Assembly: GCA_965222225.1 (NCBI GenBank)
Contig: CBDCTK010000002.1
Location: 4,218,126 to 4,282,125, forward strand
From: Candidatus Poribacteria bacterium
Lineage (GTDB): Bacteria > Poribacteria > WGA-4E > JAJDTR01
Direction: 5' to 3'
Length of the DNA: 64,000 bases
Shown here: in pieces, positions 40,241 through 51,200 of the stretch
Layout: the number at the start of each line of letters is the position of its first letter
Numbering within the stretch: position 1 is the stretch's first letter
Notes under the pieces: generated by a model
The model's database searches: none
What the model saw: the letters and a program-made list of their open reading frames with translations, nothing else
What the model was told of the DNA's origin: nothing
Program-made: the position numbers and the translations under genes

Positions 40241-43003
40241 ATGAAGAAGATACTTGTGCTACTGACTCTTTTCGTCGCTTTTTCATGGAACACCTTCGCG
40301 CAAATTAGTTTGCCGGAGGGGGCTACTCAGCGTATCGGCAAAGGTGCAATCTGGGAGATTGCATATTCACCAGATGGTAAGTATCTCGCAGTTGCCAGTT
40401 CTATTGGGACGTGGCTGTATGATGCGCATACGGGCGCCGGACTCTCCCTACTCACCGGACATACGTACGGCGTGACTAGTGTAGCGTTCAGTCCTGACGG
40501 CCAGACGCTCGCCAGTGGCGGTGATTGGCCTGACAGGACCATCCGTTTGTGGGACGCGGCAACGGGCGCACACAAGTTGACGCTAGACGTAAGTGCATTC
40601 AGTGGCGGCAGTTTAGCGTTCAGTCCTGACGGTAAAGCGCTTGCGGGGACGACCTACGATAAGAAGGTACGTCTTTGGAATGCCGCGACAGGAGCTCCCA
40701 TCCTGACATTGGAGGGGCATACGTCCAGCATCACTAGCGTGGCGTTCAGTCCGGATGGCCGCGCACTTGCCTCAGGAAGCGGGGACGATACCGTCCGGTT
40801 GTGGGATATAGGCACGGGGCGGCAAAAATTTAAACTAACCGAAAATAAGAATTGGGTTACTAGCGTCGCGTTCAGCCCCGACGGGCGCATGCTGGCTAGC
40901 AGCAGTTATGATGGTAGAATCCGTTTGTGGGATGCGGAGACAGGCGATCTCCAGAGATCTCTTGGAGGACATACCGGAGTGATTGCCTGCGTTGCTTTCA
41001 ATCCGGATGGTCGGACGCTTGCCAGTGGAGGTGAAGACAGCACCGTCCGTCTTTGGGATGTAATGACAGGCGGCCACAAGCGAACGATTGAAGGACATTC
41101 GTCTTGGGTCAGGAACATCGCTTTCAGTCCGGACGGTCAAACACTTGCCAGTGGGAGTTGGGACTACACCGTCCGCCTGTGGAATACGGCGACGGGTGAC
41201 CACAAGCAAACGATTGAAGGGCACACGGGGATGGTCTGGAGTGTAGCCTTCAGTCCGGATGGTCAAATGCTTGCTAGCGGGAGTGGAAATCCGTTCCCTT
41301 GGATAGCGAACAACCATGTCCGCATTCTGGATCCACTAACAGGTAGTGTCCAGCAAACTCTCACTCCGCAAAGCTCTTGGGTGCAGAGCGTGGTGTTCAG
41401 TCCGGATGGGAGAACGCTCGTTAGTGGTGGAGGGCGTGACATGCATCTTTGGGATGTCGTGTCGGGAGCGCAGAAACTAACCCTAAAGGGGCATACACGT
41501 TCGGTCTATAGCGTTGTGTATGATCGGGATGGTCGAACGCTCGCCAGCGGGAGCGATGACGGGACCGTCCGTTTGTGGAATGCTGAGACCGGTGCGCATG
41601 CTCGAACACTGGAAGGACACAAGGACAGGGTAAATGGCGTAGTGTTTAGTCCAAATGGAAGTACACTTGCCAGTGGGAGTGATGATCATACTATACGATT
41701 GTGGGATACGGTCACGGGTGCACAGCTCATGACTCTTCGAGGGTACAGGGATAAGGTGCATAGCTTGGCATTCAGTCCGGACGGGCGCACGCTTGCCAGT
41801 GGGAACGGGCATAAAATCCATCTCTGGGACTCCGTAACAGGAACAATCCAGCGAACCCTTGAAGACCATAGGGGGCAGGTGAAAAGCATTGTATTTAGTC
41901 CAAATGGACGATCGCTCGCCAGTGGCAGTGGAGATGGCACAGTGCTTTTATGGAGGATTATCCCCTCTGTCAACATCAATTCTACCGCAAGAGTCTCGCC
42001 TGCTACGGTGCGGTTGCCTGCCCTCGGAGCAGAGTTCGCCATTGCACTCACCATTGCGGAAACCGAAAACGTGGCGGGCTATCAAGCAACCCTTCAATTT
42101 GACCCCACCGCGGTCCGCTTTGTCGCGAACATTAATGGCGACTACTTCCTTGGCGGTGTCTTTGCCGCGCCACCAGTCGATAAGGGAAATAGTGTTACGG
42201 TCACAGCGACATCCCTCGCCGGTGTAAATAGCGGAGAGGGAACGCTTGTTACGTTCACCTTTGAAGTTCTTGCTTTCAAAGAATCTAGTCTGACGCTATC
42301 TGAAGTAATTCTAGTGGCTCCGGACGGGGAGCGTCATTTTCCTCACATCGAAAACGGGCAAGTGTTGGTAAAATCCCCGGACGAAACAGGAATCGCAGGC
42401 GATGTCAATCGCGATGGCGTAGTAAATCTCCAGGATCTTGTACTGATAGGTTCGAACTTGGTTCAGGCGGGACAAAACGATGCCGATGTGAATGGCGATG
42501 GAATTGTTGATATTGTTGACTTGGTTAAGGCAGCCGGCGCAATAGGGAACGGCGCAGGTGCGCCTCCAGCGTCTTTTGATATGCAGCCGTCCCTTTCTGC
42601 AATTGATGTGAAACGGTGGCTTGACTTAACAAGAGGATTATCCTCTGCGGACGCATCATTGCAACAGGGAGTTCGCTTCTTAGAAAGTCTATTGGTGGCA
42701 TTGACTCCCAAAGAGACCGTATTGTTGCCAAACTACCCAAATCCGTTCAACCCGGAAACATGGATTCCGTATCATCTCGCCAACGACTCCAATGTCATGA
42801 TCGCGATTTACGACGTGAACGGCATGTTGGTGCGTCGGTTGGACTTAGGGCATCAGCAAGCGGGGTTTTACGCTGATAAAGGGCTTGCGGCGTATTGGGA
42901 TGGCAGAAACATGAGAGGTGAGCCGGTTGCGAGCGGCACGTATTTCTATCAACTCCAAACGGGTGATTTCTCAGCGATGCGGCGATTGGTAATTGTCAAG
43001 TAG
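40241..43003 (+). CDS. Secreted WD40-repeat protein (about 14 blades) with dockerin-like repeats and a T9SS C-terminal sorting domain.
   Basis: Signal peptide MKKILVLLTLFVAFSWNTFAQ. Repeated GH..SV.SVAFSPDG..LASGS.D.TVRLWD units. Dockerin-like DVNRDGVVNLQDL and DVNGDGIVDIVDL repeats. C-terminus NYPNPFNPETWIPYHL...MIAIYDVNGMLVRRL matches Por_Secre_tail. Confidence 0.7.
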   Translation: MKKILVLLTLFVAFSWNTFAQISLPEGATQRIGKGAIWEIAYSPDGKYLAVASSIGTWLYDAHTGAGLSLLTGHTYGVTSVAFSPDGQTLASGGDWPDRTIRLWDAATGAHKLTLDVSAFSGGSLAFSPDGKALAGTTYDKKVRLWNAATGAPILTLEGHTSSITSVAFSPDGRALASGSGDDTVRLWDIGTGRQKFKLTENKNWVTSVAFSPDGRMLASSSYDGRIRLWDAETGDLQRSLGGHTGVIACVAFNPDGRTLASGGEDSTVRLWDVMTGGHKRTIEGHSSWVRNIAFSPDGQTLASGSWDYTVRLWNTATGDHKQTIEGHTGMVWSVAFSPDGQMLASGSGNPFPWIANNHVRILDPLTGSVQQTLTPQSSWVQSVVFSPDGRTLVSGGGRDMHLWDVVSGAQKLTLKGHTRSVYSVVYDRDGRTLASGSDDGTVRLWNAETGAHARTLEGHKDRVNGVVFSPNGSTLASGSDDHTIRLWDTVTGAQLMTLRGYRDKVHSLAFSPDGRTLASGNGHKIHLWDSVTGTIQRTLEDHRGQVKSIVFSPNGRSLASGSGDGTVLLWRIIPSVNINSTARVSPATVRLPALGAEFAIALTIAETENVAGYQATLQFDPTAVRFVANINGDYFLGGVFAAPPVDKGNSVTVTATSLAGVNSGEGTLVTFTFEVLAFKESSLTLSEVILVAPDGERHFPHIENGQVLVKSPDETGIAGDVNRDGVVNLQDLVLIGSNLVQAGQNDADVNGDGIVDIVDLVKAAGAIGNGAGAPPASFDMQPSLSAIDVKRWLDLTRGLSSADASLQQGVRFLESLLVALTPKETVLLPNYPNPFNPETWIPYHLANDSNVMIAIYDVNGMLVRRLDLGHQQAGFYADKGLAAYWDGRNMRGEPVASGTYFYQLQTGDFSAMRRLVIVK

Positions 43004-43229
43004 CACAGTCGAGTCCGGGCTTCCGTGGAGCGCGACAAGGAAACTTCTGGACTATTTTGTAGGGCTGAGCGTTATGGTGTTGCGGTAAGTCCATGAAAGC
43101 GGTATAGTGTAAGCATTATACCCAAGTTCATCTTGCGATGCCTTTGAAGCTGCCTAAGCACGGTCAAAATCAATAGGAATCCTCGCGGTCTTATCAATCA
43201 TCTACTAGCACTAGCAATTCGGTATAACT

Positions 43230-44198
43230 ATGAGGCATGTAAAAGTAATAACCCCCGCTCGCCTCCACTTTGGGCTAATTGATCTCAACGGTGCGTTGGG
43301 CAGGATTGACGGTGGCGTTGGACTCGCGATCAACGATCCAATCTTCGAGTTAATCGCTAAACCTTCAAACCGAATTGAAATCGAGTCATGGCAATACCAG
43401 CAGCGGGCATACACCATACTTGGACGTCTTCAGGCGAAATTCGAATTTCCCGGTCTGCACGTGGAGTTTTTATCCGAGATTCCCGCGCATTCGGGTTTCG
43501 GATCGGGAACGCAACTTGCGCTGGGACTTGGTCAAGCTGTCAATACTCTTTACAACCTTAATCTCAGCATCCTGGACCTCGCCTTCGCTGCCGCTCGCGG
43601 GGGAACATCCGGAATAGGTGTTGCAGCATTTGAACATGGCGGATTCGTCCTTGATGGCGGTCATCTCTTCCCCGATCAGAAATCCTCTTTTCTCCCCTCC
43701 TCGGCTGTCGGCAATGTTCCACCGCCACCCGTTCTTCTTCGATACCCCTTCCCAAATTGGGATTTATTAATCGTTAGTCCGACCTGCAAACATATCTCGG
43801 GCAAAGCAGAGATCAATCCGTTTCAGACGTTGTGCCCTCAACCGCAATCGACAGCAGAACGGCTTTCACATATCATCCTGATGAAACTTTTGCCAGCAAT
43901 TCATGAAGAGAACCTCCACGCCTTTGGCGATGCGATTAATCGAATTCAGACCTTCGGGTGGAAAAAGGTTGAGATTGATGCTCAACGGGGCGTACTTCAA
44001 CAGACGCTTGACTTTCTCCGAGAGAGTGGCGCGATTGGCGCCGGAGTCAGCAGCTGGGGGCCCGCGATTTTCGCTGTAGGCGAGAATCTCTCTGCCTTGC
44101 ATAGGAAGACCGAAGCCTTTCTTGACTCCTTGCCAGACGGCGGTAGTTGCTTTGTCACGCAACCAAATAATGTCGGCGCCCGAGTGGAGTTGCCTTAA
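43230..44198 (+). CDS. GHMP-kinase-superfamily protein resembling beta-ribofuranosylaminobenzene 5'-phosphate synthase.
   Basis: N-terminus VKVITPARLHFGLIDLNGALGRIDGGVGLAINDP resembles the beta-RFAP synthase family start as I recall it. It has a GHMP Gly-rich loop (SGFGSGTQLAL). Confidence 0.45.
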   Translation: MRHVKVITPARLHFGLIDLNGALGRIDGGVGLAINDPIFELIAKPSNRIEIESWQYQQRAYTILGRLQAKFEFPGLHVEFLSEIPAHSGFGSGTQLALGLGQAVNTLYNLNLSILDLAFAAARGGTSGIGVAAFEHGGFVLDGGHLFPDQKSSFLPSSAVGNVPPPPVLLRYPFPNWDLLIVSPTCKHISGKAEINPFQTLCPQPQSTAERLSHIILMKLLPAIHEENLHAFGDAINRIQTFGWKKVEIDAQRGVLQQTLDFLRESGAIGAGVSSWGPAIFAVGENLSALHRKTEAFLDSLPDGGSCFVTQPNNVGARVELP

Positions 44199-44238
44199 TT
44201 TGCCGTTCAGTTCAGTTATGAGTTCTCAACTTTTGTTC

Positions 44239-45714
44239 CTAGTCTAAATACTCCGTAGCAACGTATAGCCGAATTTGAGTGCCGCTTCGGTTTCGCAAAC
44301 AGAGGATTACTTCATTCCTATCATCGTTATCCGCGTCATCAATCTTCAAGTCGACAATCTTTCCGTCAAGTAGCGGACTCTTCCAAACGATCGTATACAC
44401 CCCGTGTCTGTTTTCAAGAACCACAAATTGATCCCGCAATTCGCCGCTCGGCAGCTCCACAGGCGCGCTTAGGCTCGTAGCAATTTCAAATATTGCATCG
44501 CCATCCAAATCTCCGATCGCGATTCCCTCGCCAAACAGCGGCGGCGTTTGCCAGAGAAGTCGAGCTGTTTTGGGGTCGATATGATATGCCCGAAGGTGGC
44601 CGTCGGAATCAATCATAACAATCTCACCGCTTCGATTTGACGAGTCTGCGCTTAGTATACGAGGGGCAACAGAATGATAGTTGACGTGAAGGGCGGACGG
44701 TTGAGTGCCCCGATCGCCTTTCGCGTTTCTGACTAAGAAGACGGTCGAATTTGCTTCGTAGTTCGACGAGTCCGTTTCGGTTTTCGCGGCAAGGAAAAAA
44801 TCTGCGCCATGGGCGACCAACATCGGCGAATGTTTTGACACTAACGCTCGGTTGTCCTCTATCCACTCGACTCGCCAGGTAATATCCGGTGGAGAACTAA
44901 TATAAAGTTCGTCTCGATCGTTTTCATCCTGATCTGCCGAGAACATTGTCCGGCGCTCCCGGTCCGTGATGGGTGATTCGTCTTCTTGATACTGGATGTC
45001 CGCCAGATTAGTACGTTTGTCAAAACCAACACCGTTCCACTGTAACGTTTTTATTTGCTTAGCCTCTGCCAACATCAGTTCATTGTAGCCATCACCATCA
45101 ACATCCGCGACATCAAGGGCGAGCACTGCTAAATTTTTGTCTGGCAGCCCTTTCCATCTCAAGTGATAAAGATTGTTGATTCCTTGCGACGTGTGATTTG
45201 AGGAAGACGGCGACGGAACCGAGAGGGTTGATTCAAACTCGGCATAATGGTTGAGATATCCTGTAGCTACATCCCAAAGAAATAAAGTACCTTTCATTGG
45301 TTGATGCGGGTCGCTCTGGATTATTCGCCCCGTCAGCAACTGCTTGCACCGAAGAATCTTTCCATACTTCCATGTCTGAGGAATCGACAATAGTCCATTG
45401 TCCGTAGGGAAATCACGCCAATCAATCCCATTAATACCGATGAAGTCTTCGCCGGCATGAACAACTAGCCGTGCAGCTAGCAGACGTGTAAGGATTTCGC
45501 AAACGGGCTGAAGGTTAGCTTGGTTGGAAGTCAGTGGGATAAGTGCGATAAAGGTATCATCTTGCGGAAGTTGCGTGCTTATCTCCTCCACAGCTTGGCG
45601 AATCCCAAAGGTTGGGTTGGTTGCCTTAGCAGTGGAAGTTTTTGTCAAGAAACACGCCGTTATCACGGTAAGAAGGAGGAGGGAAAGCTGCCTCATGGAA
45701 ATTGAAGGTTGCAT
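44239..45714 (-). CDS. Secreted FG-GAP/VCBS-repeat protein.
   Basis: Signal peptide MQPSISMRQLSLLLLTVITACF. Repeated DGDG motifs (VADVDGDGYNEL, IGDLDGDAIFEI, DIADVDGDGY-like). Confidence 0.5.
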   Translation of the reverse strand: MQPSISMRQLSLLLLTVITACFLTKTSTAKATNPTFGIRQAVEEISTQLPQDDTFIALIPLTSNQANLQPVCEILTRLLAARLVVHAGEDFIGINGIDWRDFPTDNGLLSIPQTWKYGKILRCKQLLTGRIIQSDPHQPMKGTLFLWDVATGYLNHYAEFESTLSVPSPSSSNHTSQGINNLYHLRWKGLPDKNLAVLALDVADVDGDGYNELMLAEAKQIKTLQWNGVGFDKRTNLADIQYQEDESPITDRERRTMFSADQDENDRDELYISSPPDITWRVEWIEDNRALVSKHSPMLVAHGADFFLAAKTETDSSNYEANSTVFLVRNAKGDRGTQPSALHVNYHSVAPRILSADSSNRSGEIVMIDSDGHLRAYHIDPKTARLLWQTPPLFGEGIAIGDLDGDAIFEIATSLSAPVELPSGELRDQFVVLENRHGVYTIVWKSPLLDGKIVDLKIDDADNDDRNEVILCLRNRSGTQIRLYVATEYLD

Positions 45715-46025
45715 GTTGTTAACCTGTGAAGCATGCTCAATCAAAGCGAGATCTCTCAACCGTTTGATTAGAGATTCTGGCGGTTCGGAGCGCTTAGTCT
45801 TTGCAAACCGCCTTCCATAATTACAATAGATAGTCAAGTCAAACGAGACAAATCATGACAGGAATCCAAACGTTAACTCAACTGGTTGCAAGGCCAATCT
45901 TCGAGTGGCAACGAGTCGTTGGTTGACTGAATTATTCAAAAGTTTAACTTGACAAATCTTAGGCGCTATGTGAATATAAAAAACCGTTCCTTACGTGCAC
46001 AAGAAACAAACTTACTTGATGGCCC

Positions 46026-46856
46026 GTGACTCAGATGTCAACACCTGACCACTATCAGACACTAGAAGTCAATCGGCACGCAGCAGCGGGAGCGATTAAG
46101 CAGGCGTTCCGTCGGTTGGCTAAGGAATATCATCCGGACAAAAATCCGACGCGCGAGAAATTTGCCACAAAAATGTTTCGGCAGATTTCTACCGCATACG
46201 ATGTCCTCCGTGACCCGGCGGAGAGGTTCAAATACGATTTAACACTAAACGCCGCAACACGCAACGCGAGTTTTCGGAGCCCCTATCATGAAGGCTTCAC
46301 GCATCGGCATTACACCCAATACAGGTTTGGCTTGATGTTTCAGCAGTTGTTAACTCAGAACTATGAAGCTGGTATCCAGATTTACGAACAGTTGCAACGA
46401 GGAAATAAGAAGTTCCGCATGGACGACTTTTTAGATTATGAAAATAGCAGGGACTGTGAGTTCCTTATCGCTGAAGCCTATCAAACCCTTGGTGACCTGC
46501 CGAAAGCAACACGTATTTACGAATCTTTGCTTGCGTTGGAAAAACGCCGACCTGTTTTTCATCATTTTGCCGACGAGATTAGAGACCGGTTAAAACGAAT
46601 CTACTGCTATGCCTTAGCCGATCCGGTGCACATTGAATCTATTCCTAATAACCTAGAGAAGATCCGTGCGCTGAAGTTATCAAAACGTGAGACCGCCTGG
46701 GTATACAAAAAACTTGCGGAATTCTATTGCGAAATTAACTGGCTTGCCAAAGCCCAAGAAATGCTGCGGATAGCCCTTGAACTGCATCCACGTTTAGAGG
46801 GTACGAAGAAGATTTGCCAGAAATTAAGACTAGAACATCAGTTATGTCAGGATTGA
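46026..46856 (+). CDS. DnaJ (J-domain) protein with a TPR-like C-terminal region.
   Basis: HYQTLEVNRHAAAGAIKQAFRRLAKEYHPDKNP carries the HPD motif. Confidence 0.6.
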   Translation: MTQMSTPDHYQTLEVNRHAAAGAIKQAFRRLAKEYHPDKNPTREKFATKMFRQISTAYDVLRDPAERFKYDLTLNAATRNASFRSPYHEGFTHRHYTQYRFGLMFQQLLTQNYEAGIQIYEQLQRGNKKFRMDDFLDYENSRDCEFLIAEAYQTLGDLPKATRIYESLLALEKRRPVFHHFADEIRDRLKRIYCYALADPVHIESIPNNLEKIRALKLSKRETAWVYKKLAEFYCEINWLAKAQEMLRIALELHPRLEGTKKICQKLRLEHQLCQD

Positions 46857-47053
46857 AAGCCGTCTCATCAAGATTGTAACATCTCTCGAATTGACACACA
46901 AGGCAAAAGCCTAGACTGGTGTGAAGCCGTAACAACGGCATCTGTTAGCGCACGACTCTCATTCCGTACAGGCCGGTTGTCAAAATGAGACCCTAAGTAA
47001 AATCAAGGCTCTACAATAGATTCTGAGTAAAACTGACATATAGGAACTCACTT

Positions 47054-48193
47054 ATGAGTATAACAAATCAGGATGACGACGCGATAGCTGCACACGTTCG
47101 CGAAGGCGAGAGAAAGGCACGCGAACTTGACAACCGCGGTCCGATCGAATTTGGCTCAGACGGCTTACTGGATAACAGAATTCTAGATGCCTACTCGCGT
47201 TACGGCTTTTATGTGTTTGAAGATGTCGTGACAGGCGAAGAACTCAACGATTTACAGACTGAGTTAGAACGCATGCTTGAGCGCGTCCCACACACCAAAG
47301 ATGCGCTTGTTGACGCGAAAGGACGACCCGCGATTGGAGCCGAATTTTCTCATCGGGTTTTCAACTTTGCGAAGCCGTTGAGCGATCCCGTCGGCGGAAC
47401 CTCAAAAAACCAGGGGCGCCACCATGTTAAAATGGAAGAACCCGAACCACCTCCCGACGCCCCGGAATATATACTGTACACAATCACCGGTCCGCTACAG
47501 ATTATGGATTCCTGCCTCCGGCTCTACGGCCATTCACAGCTTTTATCCGTAGCAGAACAGATTAATGGGCCAGATTTTGCCCCGTTCGGCGAGGCGATGT
47601 TCATCAAGCAGCCAGGACTTGGTGCATCAGTTGCCTGGCACCAGGACGGTACGACACACTGGGACAAACCTGACCTCGACGAGGGAACACACGGTTTCAA
47701 TTTCATGTTTCAATTCTACGGAAGTTCTGGCGGCAGCGGCGTATGGGTACTCCCCGGATCGCACAAGGGAAGCAGGCACAATATCAAAGATATGATTCAG
47801 GAAAACGATGGTTCCGACCGTCTCCCAGGGGCAGTCCCGCTAGTCTGTGAGGCAGGAGATGTTGTCATGGCAAACCGTCAAACGTTGCACTGCTCTTTCG
47901 CCAATACTTCACCGGATCGACGCGTAACGTTCAACTTCGGATTTCACCGCCGCGCCTCGGTGCTCAATGTCACGACCCACTTCTTCGAAAAGCCGGTGGT
48001 CTACGACGAGGAATACATTCACGAAAGAGCACGATTGATTGCCGTGGCTATTGATGCCCGCCAGCAGCGTTTTCCCCACGAATCGCGATACGTCTACCAG
48101 CCTTTTATCGGACAGGAGGACGCCAACCGCTGGAACGAAGCCGCACGGGAAAACATCGTCAAAGACTACCATTTGAAGGATCTTCGGCTTTGA
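47054..48193 (+). CDS. Phytanoyl-CoA dioxygenase (PhyH)-family Fe(II)/2OG oxygenase.
   Basis: YGFYVFEDVVTGEELNDL N-terminal PhyH pattern. WHQDGTTHW (HxD) and a distal His (ANRQTLHCS). Confidence 0.5.
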   Translation: MSITNQDDDAIAAHVREGERKARELDNRGPIEFGSDGLLDNRILDAYSRYGFYVFEDVVTGEELNDLQTELERMLERVPHTKDALVDAKGRPAIGAEFSHRVFNFAKPLSDPVGGTSKNQGRHHVKMEEPEPPPDAPEYILYTITGPLQIMDSCLRLYGHSQLLSVAEQINGPDFAPFGEAMFIKQPGLGASVAWHQDGTTHWDKPDLDEGTHGFNFMFQFYGSSGGSGVWVLPGSHKGSRHNIKDMIQENDGSDRLPGAVPLVCEAGDVVMANRQTLHCSFANTSPDRRVTFNFGFHRRASVLNVTTHFFEKPVVYDEEYIHERARLIAVAIDARQQRFPHESRYVYQPFIGQEDANRWNEAARENIVKDYHLKDLRL

Positions 48194-48369
48194 CCCTATG
48201 CATGTTCCAATAACCTCCGAATTCTTGTGGAATTTTGACAAAATCTGGTAGGTAAGAGCGACATTGAGGGTCACCGATATTCCACGCGAAGGGTGGAACG
48301 GTATGGGTATTGGGTATAGAGTGCGCACTACCCCACTGCTGAATCGCACTGTAAAAAGGGAGCAATACG

Positions 48370-48933
48370 ATGGAAAAGGTTCTGTTGGTCATTGGCGATG
48401 CCGCCGAGGTTACTGATACGCTTTATCCCTACTACCGAATCGCTGAAGACGACTATCAGGTACGGGTTGGAGCACCCGAGAAACGAACTTATCACCTTGT
48501 GCAGCACGACGCGCATCCGGAGTGGGATATAACGGTGGAGTCGAAGGGATACGAGTTCGCCGCAGACATTGCGTTCCGGGAGGTCAATCCGGAAACTTAC
48601 TTGGGACTGGTGATTTCCGGAGGCCGCGCTCCAGAGTACCTCCGCTACGACGAGGACCTGATGGCAATCACTAGTCACTTCGGCGAAAGCGGCAAACCTA
48701 TCGCCTCCGTGTGCCACGGCATTGAGATTGTGGCTAAGGCTGGCGTCATCAGAGGCAAAACGGTAACAACCGTTGCCAAATGCCGTTTTGATGCCGAGGT
48801 TTGCGGGGCAACTTATGTGGATGCGCCGGTGGTGGTAGACGGAAATATCGTGACTGCCCGCACCTTTCACGATAATGCACACTGGATGCGGGAGTACATG
48901 AAGCTTCTGAACGCCGCGCGGGATGCCCGTTAA
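48370..48933 (+). CDS. DJ-1/PfpI-family protein.
   Basis: KPIASVCHGIEIVAKAG is the nucleophile-elbow Cys. Length 187 aa. Confidence 0.7.
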   Translation: MEKVLLVIGDAAEVTDTLYPYYRIAEDDYQVRVGAPEKRTYHLVQHDAHPEWDITVESKGYEFAADIAFREVNPETYLGLVISGGRAPEYLRYDEDLMAITSHFGESGKPIASVCHGIEIVAKAGVIRGKTVTTVAKCRFDAEVCGATYVDAPVVVDGNIVTARTFHDNAHWMREYMKLLNAARDAR

Positions 48934-49255
48934 ACCTGTAGCAGTCATCTCATAAACAGCCCCATCAGTTCCAGCTTTGTCTGACCCGTCCTTGAACCTG
49001 GGCTTCGAATTGTAGGCTAGTGGCGGAACAGTTTCTACAATCGAACCATTTTCCGCTACGGCTGGGGAAGTTACAATCGCCATACCGGCTCTATTGAACT
49101 TCAGGTTCACTATCCGGAAACCATGAAAGTAAACCACGGCTTGACCCGTGTCAGCGTTGAGCTCCTATAATCCGCCACGACCATGAACTTCCCGTCACGA
49201 AATGCCTCCTTTGATTGATTGACTGTCACAATCGCATATTACACAGTATTCATTT

Positions 49256-49981
49256 ATGAACCAACCCATTCGCGTCACAGTCTGGAACGAATACCGACAC
49301 GAGACGAGTGACGACCACATAGGCAAGATTTATCCAGGCGGAATACACAACGCCATCGGCAATTATCTGAAAAGACAACCCGGCTTTGAGGTTCGGACAG
49401 CCACGTTAGACGAACCCGAACACGGTCTGACGACGGACGTCTTGGTTGCCACTGATGTGCTCATTTGGTGGGGACACGCGGCCCACACCGAGGTCCAGGA
49501 TGATGTTGTCAACCGAATCCACGCCCGCGTGCTGGACGGAATGGGCCTCATTTGTCTCCACTCAGCCCACTATTCCAAAATCTTCATGAAGCTTATGGGC
49601 ACAACCTGTAGCCTAAAATGGCGAGAGTCGGGCGATAAGGAGCGGCTCTGGGTTGTCGCACCGGGGCACCCGATTGTTGATGGATTGGATGAATACTTCG
49701 AGATAGAACATGCCGAGATGTACGGCGAACCCTTCGATATACCCGATCCGGACACACTGGTATTCATTAGCTGGTTCTCCGGCGGGGAGGTGTTCCGAAG
49801 CGGGTGTTGCTATTATCGCGGCAGGGGGAAGGTGTTCTATTTTCGGCCGGGCCATGAGACTCACCCGATTTACTACGACGCCAACGTTTCACGTGTCATC
49901 GCTAACGCCGTGCGGTGGACCGCTCCCATAAACGGACCAAAACCTACCTTCGGAAACGTACAATCCCTGGAAGAAATCTAA
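49256..49981 (+). CDS. ThuA-like (type 1 glutamine amidotransferase-like) protein.
   Basis: [12 protein letters not shown] ... [11 protein letters not shown] ... [13 protein letters not shown] is the ThuA pattern. Confidence 0.55.
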   Translation: MNQPIRVTVWNEYRHETSDDHIGKIYPGGIHNAIGNYLKRQPGFEVRTATLDEPEHGLTTDVLVATDVLIWWGHAAHTEVQDDVVNRIHARVLDGMGLICLHSAHYSKIFMKLMGTTCSLKWRESGDKERLWVVAPGHPIVDGLDEYFEIEHAEMYGEPFDIPDPDTLVFISWFSGGEVFRSGCCYYRGRGKVFYFRPGHETHPIYYDANVSRVIANAVRWTAPINGPKPTFGNVQSLEEI

Positions 49982-50147
49982 CTCTTTCAGTATCACAATG
50001 TCCCCAAGCGAATCTTCGCATGTCAAACCAAGACGCATCATCCTTCATGTTATGGGCAGGCATCTGTGGGTAAAGTATTGTCTCCAGCCCGTATGAGTGA
50101 TATAATGACGCACTCAATTTCCGAAAATCACGTGTAGGGAACACACC

Positions 50148-51050
50148 ATGAAAAACGCGTTCATGCGGTGGTGGGGATGCGGCGCCTTTGATTTCATCTT
50201 GGGCGATGTCAATATTGCCTTCGATCCATACCTCTTCAACGAAAACCTGGAATCCGCCGAGCCGATCTACGATTATATTTTCATTTCGCACGAGCACTTC
50301 GATCACTGCAATCCCCCGACCCTGCTGAAACTTTGTCAAGGCGACCGATTCAAGAAACTCTTCGTTAGCCCCGGCTGCGTTTACCCTGTATTGCCAATTG
50401 ATGAAAACTATGGGGATGCTGCTTTTGAGCGCGATCTGCCAATTACCAAGTATCTGCCGGTAGAGAAAGTTCAAGTCCTTTATCCCAAATATCTCGACGA
50501 TAGCCAAGTGAACACCCGAAAGTTCCCGGGGCCATTTGAGGCAGATCTCGGGGCATTAAAGGTCGAGACAATCGAAAGCGGGGAAAATTCTGACCCGTGT
50601 ACCCCGACATGTGGATATCTCGTGTCCCACACGGAAAAAAACATCTCCGTGCTGCACACCGGGGACATGCATGTACCGTATCCAGCTTTGAAAAACATAC
50701 AGGGACGCGTCGACTTTCTTATCCACATGAAGCTGGGTTTGACGGAGTGGGAAGGTCCGAATTACACGCAAAATCTCCTGGACTGTCTCGACCTCATACA
50801 ACCTCGCTACCTCATCCCCACGCATTACAGGACAGACAGCGCCAGCGATCCAATCCCTCACGGTACCTGGCCCCCAAATGTCACCGATGTCTTGGCTTTC
50901 ATTGAGTGGATTCGCGAGACGGTAGGGGACAGAACCAAAGTGCTCCCGTTTACGGCTGGGGTTCAATACGAGGTAGAAATGCCGGCAAAGAAAATTCTCT
51001 GGAAATGGAACTGGTTCAATACATGGACAGTACCACCGTGGCGTGGTTGA
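50148..51050 (+). CDS. Metallo-beta-lactamase-fold hydrolase.
   Basis: FISHEHFDH is the HxHxDH motif, with a downstream HTGD. Confidence 0.6.
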   Translation: MKNAFMRWWGCGAFDFILGDVNIAFDPYLFNENLESAEPIYDYIFISHEHFDHCNPPTLLKLCQGDRFKKLFVSPGCVYPVLPIDENYGDAAFERDLPITKYLPVEKVQVLYPKYLDDSQVNTRKFPGPFEADLGALKVETIESGENSDPCTPTCGYLVSHTEKNISVLHTGDMHVPYPALKNIQGRVDFLIHMKLGLTEWEGPNYTQNLLDCLDLIQPRYLIPTHYRTDSASDPIPHGTWPPNVTDVLAFIEWIRETVGDRTKVLPFTAGVQYEVEMPAKKILWKWNWFNTWTVPPWRG

Positions 51051-51122
51051 CCTAGGTTACCAGTAGCAGACACACTCCAATTCCCCTTGCGTAGATTACA
51101 GCACGACGAAGGGATTTTTATC

Positions 51123-51185
51123 AGGATCTTCTATCGCCTTGGAATCACTATCGCACTCGTTATTCGCTCTCCTGTTCGTTCCTAC
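51123..51185. repeat. Partial copy of the dispersed repeat immediately upstream of the gene at 51201.
   Basis: ggatcttctatcgccttggaatcactatcgcactcgttattcgctctcc. Confidence 0.5.
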
Positions 51186-51200
51186 TACGTTTTAATAACT

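Noticed and set aside
40327-42054. Multiple minus-strand ORFs inside the WD40 gene.
   Set aside because: They are shadow ORFs produced by the repetitive WD40 coding sequence.
48328-49137. 269-aa minus-strand ORF.
   Set aside because: It is antisense to the DJ-1/PfpI gene and its upstream region. It has no motif and implausible composition.
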